Positions 38,353 to 51,149 are shown, numbered from the stretch's first letter. The stretch: 64,000 bases of DNA from Raillietiella orientalis (GCA_036172245.1 JAYWIR010000012.1:3286001-3350000), one strand, 5' to 3'. The notes: generated by a model from the sequence alone, not told the origin. Made by a program: numbers and translations.

Positions 38353-40329
38353 GAAGGTCGCCCCAGGGCGTTTGCTGCCAAAGATCCCTTCCAGACAAAC
38401 AGCCAAGGAATGTGTGCGAAAAAAAGGACGTCGTTCCCTCGCAGTGGGACTGGATATCCCCCTACGTGAGGTCCTCCCAATTCTAGGAGGCGTTTTGGCT
38501 CGCAAGCAGCTTGCCCAGCGATATCCGCACAGGAAAAAAAGGCGCGGGAGGCAGTGCGAAGAACAGAACAAGCTGCAGGGAAAAATTTCTTCCCGAAAGA
38601 TTGGGGTGAGTGAGGTGCGAAGGGGGGATCACGGGCGGACTCAGCATCGGGTCCGTGATACGGGCAAGCGCGAGATGCAGCCGTCTCGTCGCCGTCCCCA
38701 GACAGCGCAACAGGGCGGGGGCTGTTGGGGTGACCCCTTTCCGCACGGCTCGCCACTGCGGCCACGCGGGGCAGCATCGAGCTGCTGCGGTCGCCGCTGT
38801 AGGCGACGTCGCGCCCTTCTCTGGGAGACGCCTCTTGGGGATTAGCGGGGGACCGTGGTTTTCATTGCTTCCACATACTCCGGAGGGCAGCACACCAGAA
38901 CCGGCGGGGTTTCCGTTCCACCCTACCTGGTACGGGTCGGGTTCAAGCTCGCCCTGGTCTGGAGGTGACAGCGTCTGTTTCGCTCCCGCCTTACGAGGCG
39001 GGGCGTGGAGACGCGCGGCCTCCTGAGGAAAGCGCTGCGGGGACTGCAAGGGCCGAAGGCCGACCTCAAAGTCCCGGTCTCAACACGAAGGGATGCGGCA
39101 TCCCCGATCTGAAGAATGCGCAGCCCCAGTAGCGGGTGGCAGCCGACAACCGGATGAGGCAGGGGTGGCGGAAGCAAGCGCACGCGCGCAGTCGAGGGTT
39201 GTGGGGCAACGACGTCCGTGGCTTCCTCGCAACCGAGACCGCGTGAAGGCACCAGAGTTCCCACCGAGGAGGATCGCTGTCCTTGGGAACGACATCCGTG
39301 GATATCTTGCCGCCCCGGGAACCGCGACGCCTCTCCCCTCAGATGACACCCAGGTTCTCATCCAGGCGACAGACGCCACCCCATGATTCGTTCCATCCGC
39401 GTCCCGGGAGCAGCCTCTTCGGAGGAAGCGGGAAGGAGCCAACCGAGCCGCCGCCGCCCCCTAGACTCAGCGCCGTTCTCCCCACGGGAGAGAAACGACA
39501 GAAGGGAGAGAGAATGGGCAGGAAAGGAGGGAAATTAGGATTGTTCATATGCTTGGGAGGGATAGGGAAGGGATCACCCTCTGCCCGTTCCGTCGGGTCC
39601 CCTGCGCCCTTCGCAGGACGGCTTTCCCCCGACGGGGTCCCTGATAGGTCCGTCTCGTCGCGATCCGCGGGAATGGGGTCGCCTCGTGTGAGCATCTCCC
39701 CTGTCCCTGCGGCTGTTTTCGGCCCCGAAACAGCGGCGGCGACTCTTTAGGGCGGCAATAGAGTACTGCGGTGACGACTGCGGGCGGCGTGGCGCTGCGC
39801 ACGAAGAGGCTCCCCTCGGCGGCAACTGGGACGTTCGCCGGGATGGGGAGGGTCTTTGAGGGACGTCCCCATAGTGCCCGCTGGAGGACAACGGCAGCGG
39901 GGCGCGGGAGGGATCCCTACGCCCCGCACCTGGCACAGTTCGGGGCGACACCCGCCCTCGACCAGTAGTTCTCTCTCTGGAGGAAGGAGGAAGGGAGGGG
40001 AAGAAGCGGGCCCGAATTTACTGCCACCTCACCCCCCCTCCCCACCCCCAGTCGCAGCACCGTCTTCCTCACAGGAGAGAAACGGAGGTTGCCAACAGGA
40101 GGGGCGGGTGACCTCGCAGCGGGGCAGCGCGTTGATGCGGCCGTTCCGCCCTCACAGGCTGCACCCCTCTGTTCGTCGGAGGGCACCTCTGCGTCTCCCT
40201 CAGGTTGCAGCAGGAAGAGGCTCTGCCATTGGCGCAGCTGCAGACTCCTCTGCAACCAGCGGCGTCAACACCGGGGAAGGTTCCGCCCCTTGTCCGGCGA
40301 TGGCGCCATTGCACCGCCTGCGGGAATCG

Positions 40330-40540
40330 AGGAGGAAAACTTCCACGCTCAGCCGCTGCCGGATTGCGGTGACCTTCGGGGTGTGAGGAAACGCCTCACG
40401 GCAGCCCTGCTTCGTCCCGAAGTCACCCTGGAGGAGCCGCTGCGGTCCTATCTCCTTCTCCTCCGACCGCTCTATCCCGTGTCACGCCAGGAGGATTGTG
40501 AAGTCCCGGGACAAGCGGGGCACACCAGCAAGGAAGGAAG
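40330..40540 (+). mobile_element. LINE ORF1 zinc-knuckle remnant
   Basis: GVRKR...LRSYLLL...YPVSRQEDCEVPGQAGHTSKEG resembles the Tx1 ORF1 motif YxGQ..CxxCGxxGHxxxxC with cysteines lost. Confidence 0.45.
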
Positions 40541-41827
40541 GATCGCGGGCCTCGCCCCGCGGCGATGACGCAGTCCTTGCCGGATGGAGGAGTCGAGGAG
40601 GACGCCGATGGCGTCGCACGCGGGCTGCAGGAGGCGCGACAGGAGTGAACTGCGACCCCTGTCCCTTCCCCCCTTTTCATGTATCCATCTACTGCCCCCC
40701 TCCCCTGCCATCTCCCTGCCCTTCTGCGCAGATAACCTGCGAGTCGGTGGGAGGGAAACCCTCCCCCCTCATTTTTCCATAGACTGGTGGATCCACGGAT
40801 CCACGTGGCCCGTCTGCTTGCCTGGGGAAGGAACGTGCCTGCGCAGCCGGGAGAAAGGGGCGGTGGTGTTCCCGCATTCGCCCACTTTTTCACTGGACAG
40901 ACCAACTCAAAGGACTCTCCAAAAACACCGCGGATACCTTCTGAAGGAACTCCGAATAGACCGACAGAGTTTGGAGATTCCTAGGGGTGGACAGCAGGGG
41001 TGGATGCGTCGGCAAGCGGATCGCCCGCCCAACATCTTCCTGGGGCAGTTTCGCCTTGCTGGTTAGCCATCGTCGCTGCTGCTTTGCAGGGCGGACTGTG
41101 CTGCTGCAAGACAGGGGAGGGACGAGGTGCTGGACCGGGGGGACTCTGGGGAAATGCGTTCTTGTGCCCCCACCCTCTGGGCCGGGTGCGTGAGAGGGTG
41201 GGCACTGCCGAGGGACTGGAGCTACTGGAGCCCGTGACGTTGCCCGCTGCCGCCGTCTGGATTGGCGCCTCCGCACCGAGGTTGCAGCGGCGACCGTTGC
41301 CCCGAGGGGCGCCCGCCGCTTAGCAGTTGGGTTTTGCCGCAGCCGCAGGCTGTGAGGGGGGAGGATCGCTCCTGGACCGCCGGCAAAGGGGTTCCTCTAC
41401 CCCCTTCTCCCACCGTACCACTCCTACCCCACGGGCCCCTCTTCCACGCCTAGAGGATCCCTTTCCTTCCCCTACAAGAGACCCAGAAGTCCCCACCCCA
41501 TGCAGCTCTCCCTGAGGCGGCAGCGCGAACATGCGGCCTGCGTCGTCCGCCTACGAGTCTGGTTGCACCCGGGAAGAGACTCCTCGGCCCCTGGACCCCC
41601 ACGAGAAGGAAGCAGAGGGCAAGCGGATTCCCTGGGCAGTTTAGGAGGGGAAATCATTGCTGAATGCGGACGTGTAGAGCCAGCGATGATTCCCTTCATA
41701 TCGGAAGGGAGGGAGGGAGAAGAAGTGTCCGGACTCTCGCGTCTCAGGGGAAAAGGAGTGGGGAAAGGGGTAAACTGAGGAGTGTGGAAGCGGAGAGGAT
41801 TCTTTTGGGGATGTGACGGGATAAGGC

Positions 41828-42050
41828 CCTCCCTTCCATTCCTCTCTGCCTCTCATTCTCCCCTCTCCTCTCCATCCTTCTACCCCTTACTCCCACCTTC
41901 TCCCCTCTCCTTCCCATTTCCCTTCTCCTTACCCCCTCCTTCTGCCCTCCCTTCCCCATCTTTCTATCCCTTACCTCCCTCCTGTCTTCCCTATCCCTCT
42001 TCCCCTTACCATCTCCTTTTCCACTGCTTTCCCCACCCCCCTCTCCTCGT
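41828..42050. repeat. ~220-bp polypyrimidine/polypurine low-complexity tract
   Basis: Almost entirely C/T on the + strand. Confidence 0.85.
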
Positions 42051-43949
42051 TCTGGCTCCAGCTGGGGGAGAGCCATCCGCGAGGTCTTCGCACGTGAAAG
42101 GGTGGTAGAAAAAGACAAGGGGGAGAATCGAAAAAGAGGGTGCATCACGCAGTGCCGCGATTTTCTTTTGCCGTTGAATATCCTGTGGATCCTGTGGACT
42201 CTGACCGTCCTTCCGCATCGATACCGTGAACGGGAATGGAGGGAGCGGGACGGGGAATGGAAGCGACTCGCCCTCCCTGCGATCCAGGAACAGACTTCAA
42301 GAAAGAAGGGAGAGGAGAAATAGGGGAGGGAGGAGCGATGCGCTCTCGCTACAGGGCGTTCCCAAGCAACGCACGCCATTGGCAGGAAACCTGAGGTGGC
42401 TGGAAGTGCCCCCTGACGTGCTGGGACTCCTCTGTTCCCTCTCCCCTCCCCTTCCAACATTCGGGAAGGAAGGAGGAAGAAGGGGGAGGGAGCGCTCCTC
42501 CTTTTACTTCTGCTTCCTGAGAAACTTCGCACCTGGGGTCGCCCCCAGTCGCACCCTAAAAGGGAGGGGGAAGAAGGGGGGGTCGGCGAATGCGTCGACG
42601 CTCCCCTCCTTCCCCCTTCCCCCCCTCGGTCATCCCTCCGGGACTCCGCTGCGAAACGACTCGCGGGCGCGCGATCGCTGTCGTGGGAAGTGGGTGAGGT
42701 GGGGTCACCTATGGGGAGCAGCTGCACCCCCCTCCCTGCAGCATGTAACGCAGAAGCGAGGAGGGAGAGGCGGAGTTCAAGAGGAGGAGGAGGAGGGGGG
42801 GGGGGCAAATGAGGCCAGAGGGCGAGCGGGAGAGGACGCGCCCGCTCGGGCGCGTCGGCTCGCACGCTCCGCACGCGCGATCCGGGAATTAATGGACGCC
42901 ATCGTCGGGCTCCTCGGGCGCACCCCATTAGCATTCCGGGATTACAAATCGCCGATCCCTGCGTTTAACGCGCTCCCCCCATTTCCCGGAGCTGAGCGGA
43001 CGTCCCCGGGATCGCGAAGCCTCAGCTGTTGCGACCGGGAACAAAAGTGCGAGGCGATCCCGTTAATGGGAAAATCAAATATATGGGCTTTGAGGATGAC
43101 GGGACCCACTCCTGGAAGAGGGACGGCGGTGGCGGGATGGCAGAGGAGGCGATGATGAGTGGGGCCGTTCGCGCTCCTCTGGGCATGCCGGGAAGGTCGG
43201 GTAGGAGGCCGAAGGAATTGTACCGGGCGCAAATAGCCCGGTCCCGCGCGCGGCGTGCCTGCCGGCGACCGCAATCCCGCATGGACGGCGGGAAGGACGG
43301 GCCCCTGAGATTGGAGCCCATCCTTCCCGCGAGTAGGGACGCTAGCGAAGCACGCCGAGGGCGGACCCATCAGTCTCTCCTCCCTTGGGCAAGGCCCCCA
43401 GGGGGGGTCTGCTAAGGAGGGACTCCCAGGACAAAAACTGGCTCGAAGCGGATCCGGGCGGTTCACTCTCTGGGGGAGGGCAGAGACCGCCACGGGGGCG
43501 GAGTCTGGCTGGATCCGAGACTCTGGGGGTCAAGGGAACCGCCTCTCCTCCCCACCGCCATGACACCGCGTGTCAAGGGGAGAGGGGAGAGCTGCTCCCT
43601 CTTCCTCACTTTCTGCTTGAGAAGGAATCTCCTCCCCTGCGCTCTCCGCAGAAGCCACTGCTTCTGGAGTGCGATGCCCTTCGCCCCGGTCCTTGTGCCC
43701 CCGGGACGACCCCGAGGGGGCGCTCTGGGGAGAGTCCGCTCCCTCTCTTCCTTATCACCCCCTCACTTCCGTCTATCCGACCTCCCCCTTCAGCGTTCGC
43801 GTGGCACTGCCTCGGACTAAGGGCGCCACCTGACTTCATGGGTGGGAAGGGTAGGGGCGCGGCGCGCGCACTCCATTCTCCCTGCGTTCGTTCGTGCGCG
43901 CTCAGGGAGTGAACGAACGCCCTCAGAGTGGCCGAACGTGACCTCCTCC

Positions 43950-44200
43950 ATCCAAGGTCGCCGAGACCCTTATTCCACATTCGGGGAAAGAAAAAATATA
44001 AATTAGGCTAGCAAGAAATTGGGTTAGCAAAACCAGGAAAGGCTGCAACCTGAGCCTACCCGAAACGAGAGGGGCCCTACGTTCACCGAAGGACAGAACG
44101 AGAAGGGAGGAGTAGCAGCCGAACAAGGAAAATAGGGATTGGGGTCGGGTCGCTCCACAGCAGCCTGCGAGAGGATACCCGGCTCCCCTGGGATGGCTGT
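43950..44200 (-). mobile_element. 3' end fragment related to T7 (copy T8)
   Basis: The reverse complement caatccctattttccttgttc resembles 38181-38213 (caatcccctattt...ttccttgttc). It is followed by T-rich sequence and aataag plus a weak hairpin. Confidence 0.4.
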
Positions 44201-44731
44201 CACACCCTTCGCCCATTTGGGCGATCGCCAGCCGCTCCCTCTCGCGGCGGCGGATTGCCAGTGAGGAGGCGCGCCCCGGAGGGAAAAAAACCGTTCTCCC
44301 CCGGGCGGAGGCGATGCTGGGTTACCTGACCGGCAAGTTGATCCGGCCTCCTCTCTATCTCTTCGTGGGGACCCTTCGTTGGTGCGGGGGTGCTGCTGCG
44401 CGAGCGCCTAGGCGGACGCCGCCTCGGGGGACCCGCGAGAAGCGCGACCCGTCGCCCGTCCGGCGAATCCCGGGAGTTCCTGGGAGGCGTCCATTCTCGT
44501 GTGGCGTCCTCCACTTCCCGTCGCGGGAGCCTCAGGGAGCAGACGCACGCCCCGACTCCGCATAGCTCCCCTGGCCGCCTCCCGTGTGCGAAAGTCCCCC
44601 GGTGGACGGCCCTCGCGGGAAGGCTCAGGTCACACGCGCGGCACGCAACCTGTCTGAAACGCTCGCGTGCCGCGCTTGTGACCAGCGGCCTACCGACCCC
44701 TCTCACCGGAGAGACGGGAACCTCGTCGGAA

Positions 44732-45500
44732 CCGACGTTGGCAGCCGTGTGGCTGCCGCCTCCGCACATGGCACCGGCTGTCGTGGGTTCGAATCCCGCC
44801 CTGGGAAGGATCAACGCTGAGAACGCAGGGTGCGTTGCGAGTTCGAGTTCCCTCCGCGAGATGACGCTGGTTGGTCTATATTCATTCGGGTGCGGCACTG
44901 TAGCGGATAAAACCGGATACTCCCGATGTGTGGCCGGCATTGGGAGTCGGCCCTCCTGGGTCCTTCCAGGATCCAGGGAGTCCTGAGTGGTTCCCCTTCA
45001 GCCGTGCAAAGGAAACCTCCTCCAGAGCTGGTGCATCGATGATGCCTCTCCAAAGTTCAAGGAAGGCGCTGCTCCCTCTTCGGGGAGCGCCTTTCAGTGA
45101 AAATTGGGAAACGTCCCTGCGGGATTCTCTTCAAGGGAGGATACGGGGAGCGGTTCCCTTGCGGGTTCCTTCCGGAGGAGAAATTCCAGGGGCGGATCCT
45201 TCCCAGATTTCCTCCGGAGACAACCAGGGTGGAGGGTTCCCTTCGGGGATTTCTTCCAGGCGTGGGAGGAATGGATTCCTTCCTCCGAAACCCTTCCTAA
45301 ATTCATAGGATGGTCCCCTCCCAGGGTGACTCCTATCCTGAAGAGTTGACACGCACCCTCGGAAGGCGTGGACAAGCGTTAAAGAGCTGCGTGGGCCGCC
45401 GCCAGGGGCGCGATGGTCCTTGAGGGACTTTGAGAATCAAGAGACAAAAAAAAAAAAGGCTGGAAGGAAAACAGCGAAGACAGAAAAAAAACCAGAAGGG
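44732..45500 (+). mobile_element. tRNA-headed SINE-like element, copy C (most complete)
   Basis: A-box-like TGGCAGCCGTGTGG (44739-44752), B-box GGTTCGAATCC (44786-44796), second B-box-like GAGTTCGAGTTCC (about 44839-44851), GA-rich body, and an A-run at 45446-45457. Confidence 0.75.
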
Positions 45501-45683
45501 TTCCCATCATCTTCCCAGACGGAGACTGTGCGACTCTCCCAGTCTTCGTTGGGTCTCTGAGCCGTTCCTCAGCACCACCGCCTTCCCGCCGGCAGAGGGA
45601 AGCGGCTGCTGGGCTCACGGCGATGCCGCGAACGCGTGGGGGGCTCCAGGCAGGAAAGGCCCACCTTCACCCGGGGAGGCTGT

Positions 45684-45960
45684 TTCTTATCCGGTAGCAC
45701 CGGGGAGTTTATTGCTAAACTATCCGGGAACAGAGTTCCCGGACAAAGGGCACAGAAAAACGAAAGGGGAGCTCCCCGACACGCAAATCGGTAGATCCGG
45801 AACTGGAGGGAGGGGACCACAAATACATATTTAAAAAAATATAAATAAAAATATGGGGAGGGTAGGGGACAGGGGTCTTTGGCTTCGTCCGTTCCTTCCT
45901 TTCAGAACCGGCGTTGGATGCCGGAGATCTCCCTCCTTGCGTCTTCTGGAAGATGAGGCC
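45684..45960 (-). mobile_element. Tx1/L1-like LINE 3' fragment
   Basis: The reverse complement aligns with the 3' UTRs of T1/T4/T5. It has a 9-bp hairpin at 45723-45743, AATAAA and a CCGG hairpin. Confidence 0.7.
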
Positions 45961-46090
45961 ACCTAGCAGCCGACGTCATGTTCTCGTCAACTACTCCGAT
46001 AGCCCCTTGACGAACCGCCTGGATCTCCGGCTGTCGGTGGGCCTGTCGATGGCGCGGATGCAACATACCGTTGCTACAACTGGCGGCTGT

Positions 46091-46170
46091 TTCTCACCTG
46101 GGTGCGCCAGGGTGTTTATTTCTAAACTATCCAGGAACAGAGTTCCCAGACAAAGGACACAGAAGAAACG
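46091..46170 (-). mobile_element. Minimal 80-bp insertion of the LINE 3' module with 15-bp TSD
   Basis: Exact direct repeat ACAACTGGCGGCTGT at 46076-46090 and 46171-46185. The insert is a close relative of 45684-45763. Confidence 0.85.
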
Positions 46171-49100
46171 ACAACTGGCGGCTGTGTTGGTGGTGGCTCG
46201 CTGTTGGTGAGGAACGAATGGGGGGCTTCCGCCGGCGAGGGCAGCTCGGACGGTTAAGTCCGCGCGGAGGTGCCGGGGGAGGAGAGGTGTGGCAGCCCTG
46301 CTTTTGCTGTAACGCTGCGCATTCGCCAAGAATCGGATTCTCGTCAGAGACATGCCTAACGTCTGCCCAAGGCAGCTCTGTACATTTTACGCCAGATCTA
46401 ATGTAGTGTATTGAATGAAGTTGTGTATCGATTTCATCAGTGAAATAAAAATCAGTGAATCAAATCAGTGAATTAAAATGTACTTGCTGCATTGTTTTTG
46501 AATGTGTAATGTCGTCTATGCGCCCGTTTGAATATATTATAATACTGTAGATCATACGAATGCACGACATGTACACGCGATACGCAATGCGCATGCAAAA
46601 AACCATGCGTCCGAGGCACCCCGCATTTGAGGTCATCTCAGGGGTCAAGCCACCGGCAATCCCGATTTGGCGGGGAGCACTCTGAAAGTTGTCCTGACGG
46701 CCATTGCGTCCAAGTGGCGTTCGAGTTTGCAAAATAAATGTACACGATGCACATATCGACGGATGCTGTTTCTTGGATATTTGTGTTTGGCTGATCGATT
46801 GAATACGTTGGCTGCAGAATACCAGCTGCTTCAGAAGATACGGCTCGGGATGCAGCTGAACATCCACACGAATCGAATATCACAAAGCAGTGAAGGAGTG
46901 ATTTTTCGCGATCGACTTGTTCTCAGCTTCCCTCACTGAAAATTTCGGGTGGGAAATTTTCTGCGTTTGCTCTTTCCTTTTCTTCCACTTCTTTTTCTTG
47001 TTGTTGTTGCTGTTGTTTCCCGCGCAAGGTTGACCGAGGGCGGATTTGCGTTTGGAGAGCTCTTAATGCTGGCGTAATGGGGCATCTGGCAACACTGACT
47101 GCGTCTTCCGACTACCGACGAAAAGTTCCATCGAGAAGTCGAATGCGGGAAGTTCCCGGGATGCTTGCGTCCTCCTCTCCGCCTCCCCTTCGGAGAAGGA
47201 AAGTCACGCTCGTGTACACGCGTACACGTGTACGTACACATCAGGAACGCATCTTTTGCAGGGGCGACTCGAGGTGTCTTCCGATCGCCCCGAAGATCGC
47301 ACAAGCTGACGATCCGCTTTTTTTTCGGCGAGCACTTCCGCGGGGATAAAGAACACAGTGTTACTTCCATTCTGGAGCTCAGCGAGGATCTCCCTTATGA
47401 GATTACATCGACGGTTGCCATGGAGATCCAATCTTGTCCTCCAATCTTCTTGATCTTCCGTGAGTCGCGTTTCCCCGCATGCCCTCCGCCTATCCTTCCG
47501 CGCGGCACGCGTTCGCGAGTTGGCGGGTTTTTCCCCGCCTCGCCGTACACTCGCACTTGTACCGTACATTGCCACGCGACTGCGTCGCGCACGGGCAGGT
47601 TGGAGTGCGGCGCGGTTCCCTACGGCTTCCTTCTCCCGATCAACAGAAGAGTCCCCGGAACAGCATCGGCGGAGTCCCACGTCCCCGGGGACTGCGAGAC
47701 CCCGCCTGGTCCTGAATTTTCGGTCCCAGTTCGAAGCCCCATCCCAATGCATCGTCTTTCAGGGAGGGTCCTCCGCTCCTGTCCGAATCTGTTGGGAGGC
47801 AACCCCCACCCTCCGACCTCCTCCGTCTCCAGGCAACGAAACATCGGGAGCATTCGGTGCGGATCCGAGAGCGCAGCACCGGAGTGGAGGGGGAGACGCC
47901 CTCCTCCCGGAGAGGGGGTCAACGTTCGAGAGAGGCTCTAGGAAGGCCGGAAATCCAGGGTAAAAGACGAAAAGGGGGAACCTGGCGGAGGGAGGACTCG
48001 GGAGGTCCAGCTCGGCACTGACGTCACTGCGGGAAGTCCAGCTCGAGTCAGGCTACGGCGGGAGACTCCCTGGCTTGCGGGAGAGTCGTGGTGGAAAGAA
48101 AAGGAGGCCCGCAGGATCCTCCTCTCTCCACCACCCTTTCAGCGGGAGGCTGAATCTCAGATGGTCGACGGAGCCTGGAACGCTGCGCAAGGGACGCCAA
48201 AGCCTCCTGCTGCGTCATCGACCCGACATCAGCGCCCAGTCAGCAGCTTCGTCCGGCCCCACTCGACCCCCCACTCCAATGATCCTCTAAGGGACGACCC
48301 CTCCTCCTCGAGTCCCGTCCTTAAGGAACGGGTGGCCGCTGAGCAGGAGGGGAGGGGTAGGGGGCGAATAGCCAACAGGGACGCCGTCAGCTGGATGACT
48401 ATCGACAGGGGAGGAGGACGGGCCGAGGGGATTCGCCATCCAGGGCATTCTTAGAAGCTGATTCGCAGCCAAGGAGCTGCCTCCAAGACTCCCCGGGAGG
48501 AAGGCGTGACTCCAGGAGGAAAAGGTCACGCCGGACCCGCGAGCGCCGGCAGCGGAGGCACGGAGGAGACCCTGCCCACTCCGGAGGAGCGTCCTCAAGA
48601 GAAGTCGCCAAGGACCCCCGAACCACAGTGGGACCCTCCCTTGGGTGGGTCAATGGGTGGCAAGGCTTCCTGAGGGAGCATTCGGGAGGCTCGCCCCAGA
48701 GGGAGATGATGGCATCTCGTTGTCGACCCGTCTCTCCCCTCTCATCCGCCTGGAGACGATCGACTGGATGGAATTTCCATCCCCACCCCACTCCATTGCA
48801 AAATTTGCACCACGCCAGGGGCACTCTTTCCCCGGAGGTCGCGGTGCTTTCGCCGTGATGTCATCCGCCCCCTCGTCAGCGGTGCGCGGTCGCCGGAAGA
48901 CGTGGCGAACTGGCGATCCAGATCGGGTCGGAACGCCGGGAGCAGGTGGTCTGCAGGCTGCCCTTCCGGCCAGCCTGGCCCTCCGGGGAGAGGCGCCAGG
49001 GAAATCGCCGAGGACCCTGGAAGTGCCAAGGCAGCGGGTGAGGAACGGTTTGCGTGGCGGCGCGAATTATCGCCGAGAGGGGTCCTCAAAGGTTCCACGG

Positions 49101-51149
49101 AACGGCGAGTTACTGGGTGGGCTCTTGCGCTGGCAGCGCCCCGGAGACAGGCTGAGGACTTCAAGAAACTGGCGTCGTCGTCGCTTCAGCACCCGGGACT
49201 CCCGCCCTGGATGAGCACTGGAGGCGAGACCAAGTCCCTCAGGACCCGCGGAAACGCGTCCGGATGGCGAGGTGGAGACGGTGGCTCGCCTGCAGGGGTG
49301 GGAGTGGAAAATATTCCCATCCTCTTCCTGCATGCCTCCTTCCCGGATGTGACCCAGCCCAACGCTCCTTTCTGTTCACCAGGGCTCGCCGCGCTGTGGT
49401 CAGCCATCCACTGCGAGCCCGTCACATGCGGACGTGGCGTCGCAGCTGACCGGCTCTCAGCTACGAGACGACCTGGGGCTCCAGGGCAAGGGACGACTGA
49501 CTGATCGCGCGTTGGGCTGCGCCTGCAGGGTGGTCGTCGGGAAGTCGGCTGCTCTCCACTTCCCTACCTTCCCTCGTCACGAGGAGCCTCGACCAACGGG
49601 AGGGAGTGGGGACGCTGCTTGGCGCTGTTCGAGGGAGAAATTGCCAAGGAGGTCTGGGGACATCCCCATTCACCTCTCCCCTCCCAGGGTGAAGACGAGT
49701 GGGCGTTGGCGACCGGATGTGGAAAGTCTACATTTTCTTCCCGCATCGTTTCGCGCGCCCCACGCAGGCGCACTCCCTGAGCAATAGGAGGGATGTGGGA
49801 CGCCATCGCTTCCCGAGGGCGCGCACGTTCTTCGTTACCTACTCGTGGCATCCGAAGAGAGGTCAACTAAGGCGTCCCTTCTAGGTCTCCCTAGTCGCCA
49901 CGGACTCACCCTGTCTTGGCTGCAGCAGGGCTCTAGAGGGGCACCCTTTCCTCCCCTTCGAAACCTGCCCCTGTCGCAGATCACCCAGACACCCCGCGAC
50001 CCCCGCTGCGGAAGGCCTTCCTCAGGGTACGCCTGCCCCTGGCAACACTGAGACCCCGCCCGAACCGTGATGGCCGACGGGGCGATGCCGTGCGAGGCGT
50101 GGAGACGGGTAAGGGGTCTGGGGACGCCCCCATTCACTAGCGCCGCGCCCGCTGGGGACAGGGCCGATCTCCTGAGCAGGAGGCGGGCGGCGCGGAGCAC
50201 GGCCATGCTCAGCTGCTGTGCCGGCGACTCGAGCACGGCGGGCATTCTTCCTTTTTAAAAAAAAAAGAAAGAAAGAAAGAAAGAAAACGTCGAAGAACGG
50301 CGACACTCCCTGCAGCTCAACCAGTGCTGCCTCGGCCATCTTATTGCACAGCTCTTCGTCCCTGTCTGCTTTCGTAGCGATCGTCCTGGACTGTTCCTTC
50401 ACTTCTCTCCCGTTCGAAATGATGAAGGTTGGTCAGGAAGTCGCTGCACTCCCTTCGTCACGTCTGCACGTTCGTCCTGGCGGCTTTCGTACGGAGACAC
50501 AGGCCTTTCTTTCGGACTGCTCCTCCTCCTCCTCCGTAGAAGTGGCTCTCAACGCTCTCTCTCTCTCTCTCTCCCGATTCCCGGCGACCCGTCGTTCACC
50601 TCCTGAGCGGTCTCCCCTTCCCTCGTCTCTCAGGCACCGGTCGCTCTGCCGCCGACTGAGTGCAGGCGCTGCCAGAGTCCGGGAATCAAAGCAAATGTGT
50701 CCTGGCATCCCGACGTGTGCCAGCCGGAAACTTGGACGGCTTCCAGGAACCCGGATCGTCTTCGCTTTCCACGCATCGCCTCCTCCCCTCGGACTCCCCG
50801 GAAGTTCGGGGACAGACTAGGATGGGAAAGCCTCTCGCGGCGACCGTCATCTGAGACTCCTTCCCGCCTCTCCCGCACCGAGGTCAAGTCGGGAGATCAC
50901 CGATCGAATCTCTTCCCGTCACTTTTTTTTTTTTAAATCTCCCGGCGCTCCCTCCTGCCCCATCCGTCCTCATGCATTGGTCAGAGCTGCCACAGCTTGG
51001 CGAGTGCCATGGTCTCCACTTTGCAGCCTGGAAACTGTTGCCGGAAAAATTTCCACGAGGCACAAAAGTGCCAAGGCTCCCCTTCCTTTTCTCCCGAGGT
51101 CCGTACATGACGTCGGCAAAAGAGTCGAGTCCTTTCTTCAGCTACACTT

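Noticed and set aside
44732..44806. Functional tRNA gene
   Set aside because: B-box and T-arm are present, but there is no complete cloverleaf or T-run terminator, and homology among copies extends hundreds of bp downstream. This fits a SINE head.
45678..46172. LTR pair or CRISPR-like direct repeats
   Set aside because: The two ~85-bp repeats are 3' ends of separate LINE insertions, one with its own TSD. There are no TG..CA LTR termini, no spacer array and no cas genes anywhere in the window.
2500..50900. Many long ORFs in the six-frame track (e.g. 12283-13371, 41744-42934, 42226-43155)
   Set aside because: They are Arg/Pro/Gly/Ser-rich, overlap in several frames and have no domain signal. 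Such ORFs are expected from stop-codon scarcity in very GC-rich DNA.
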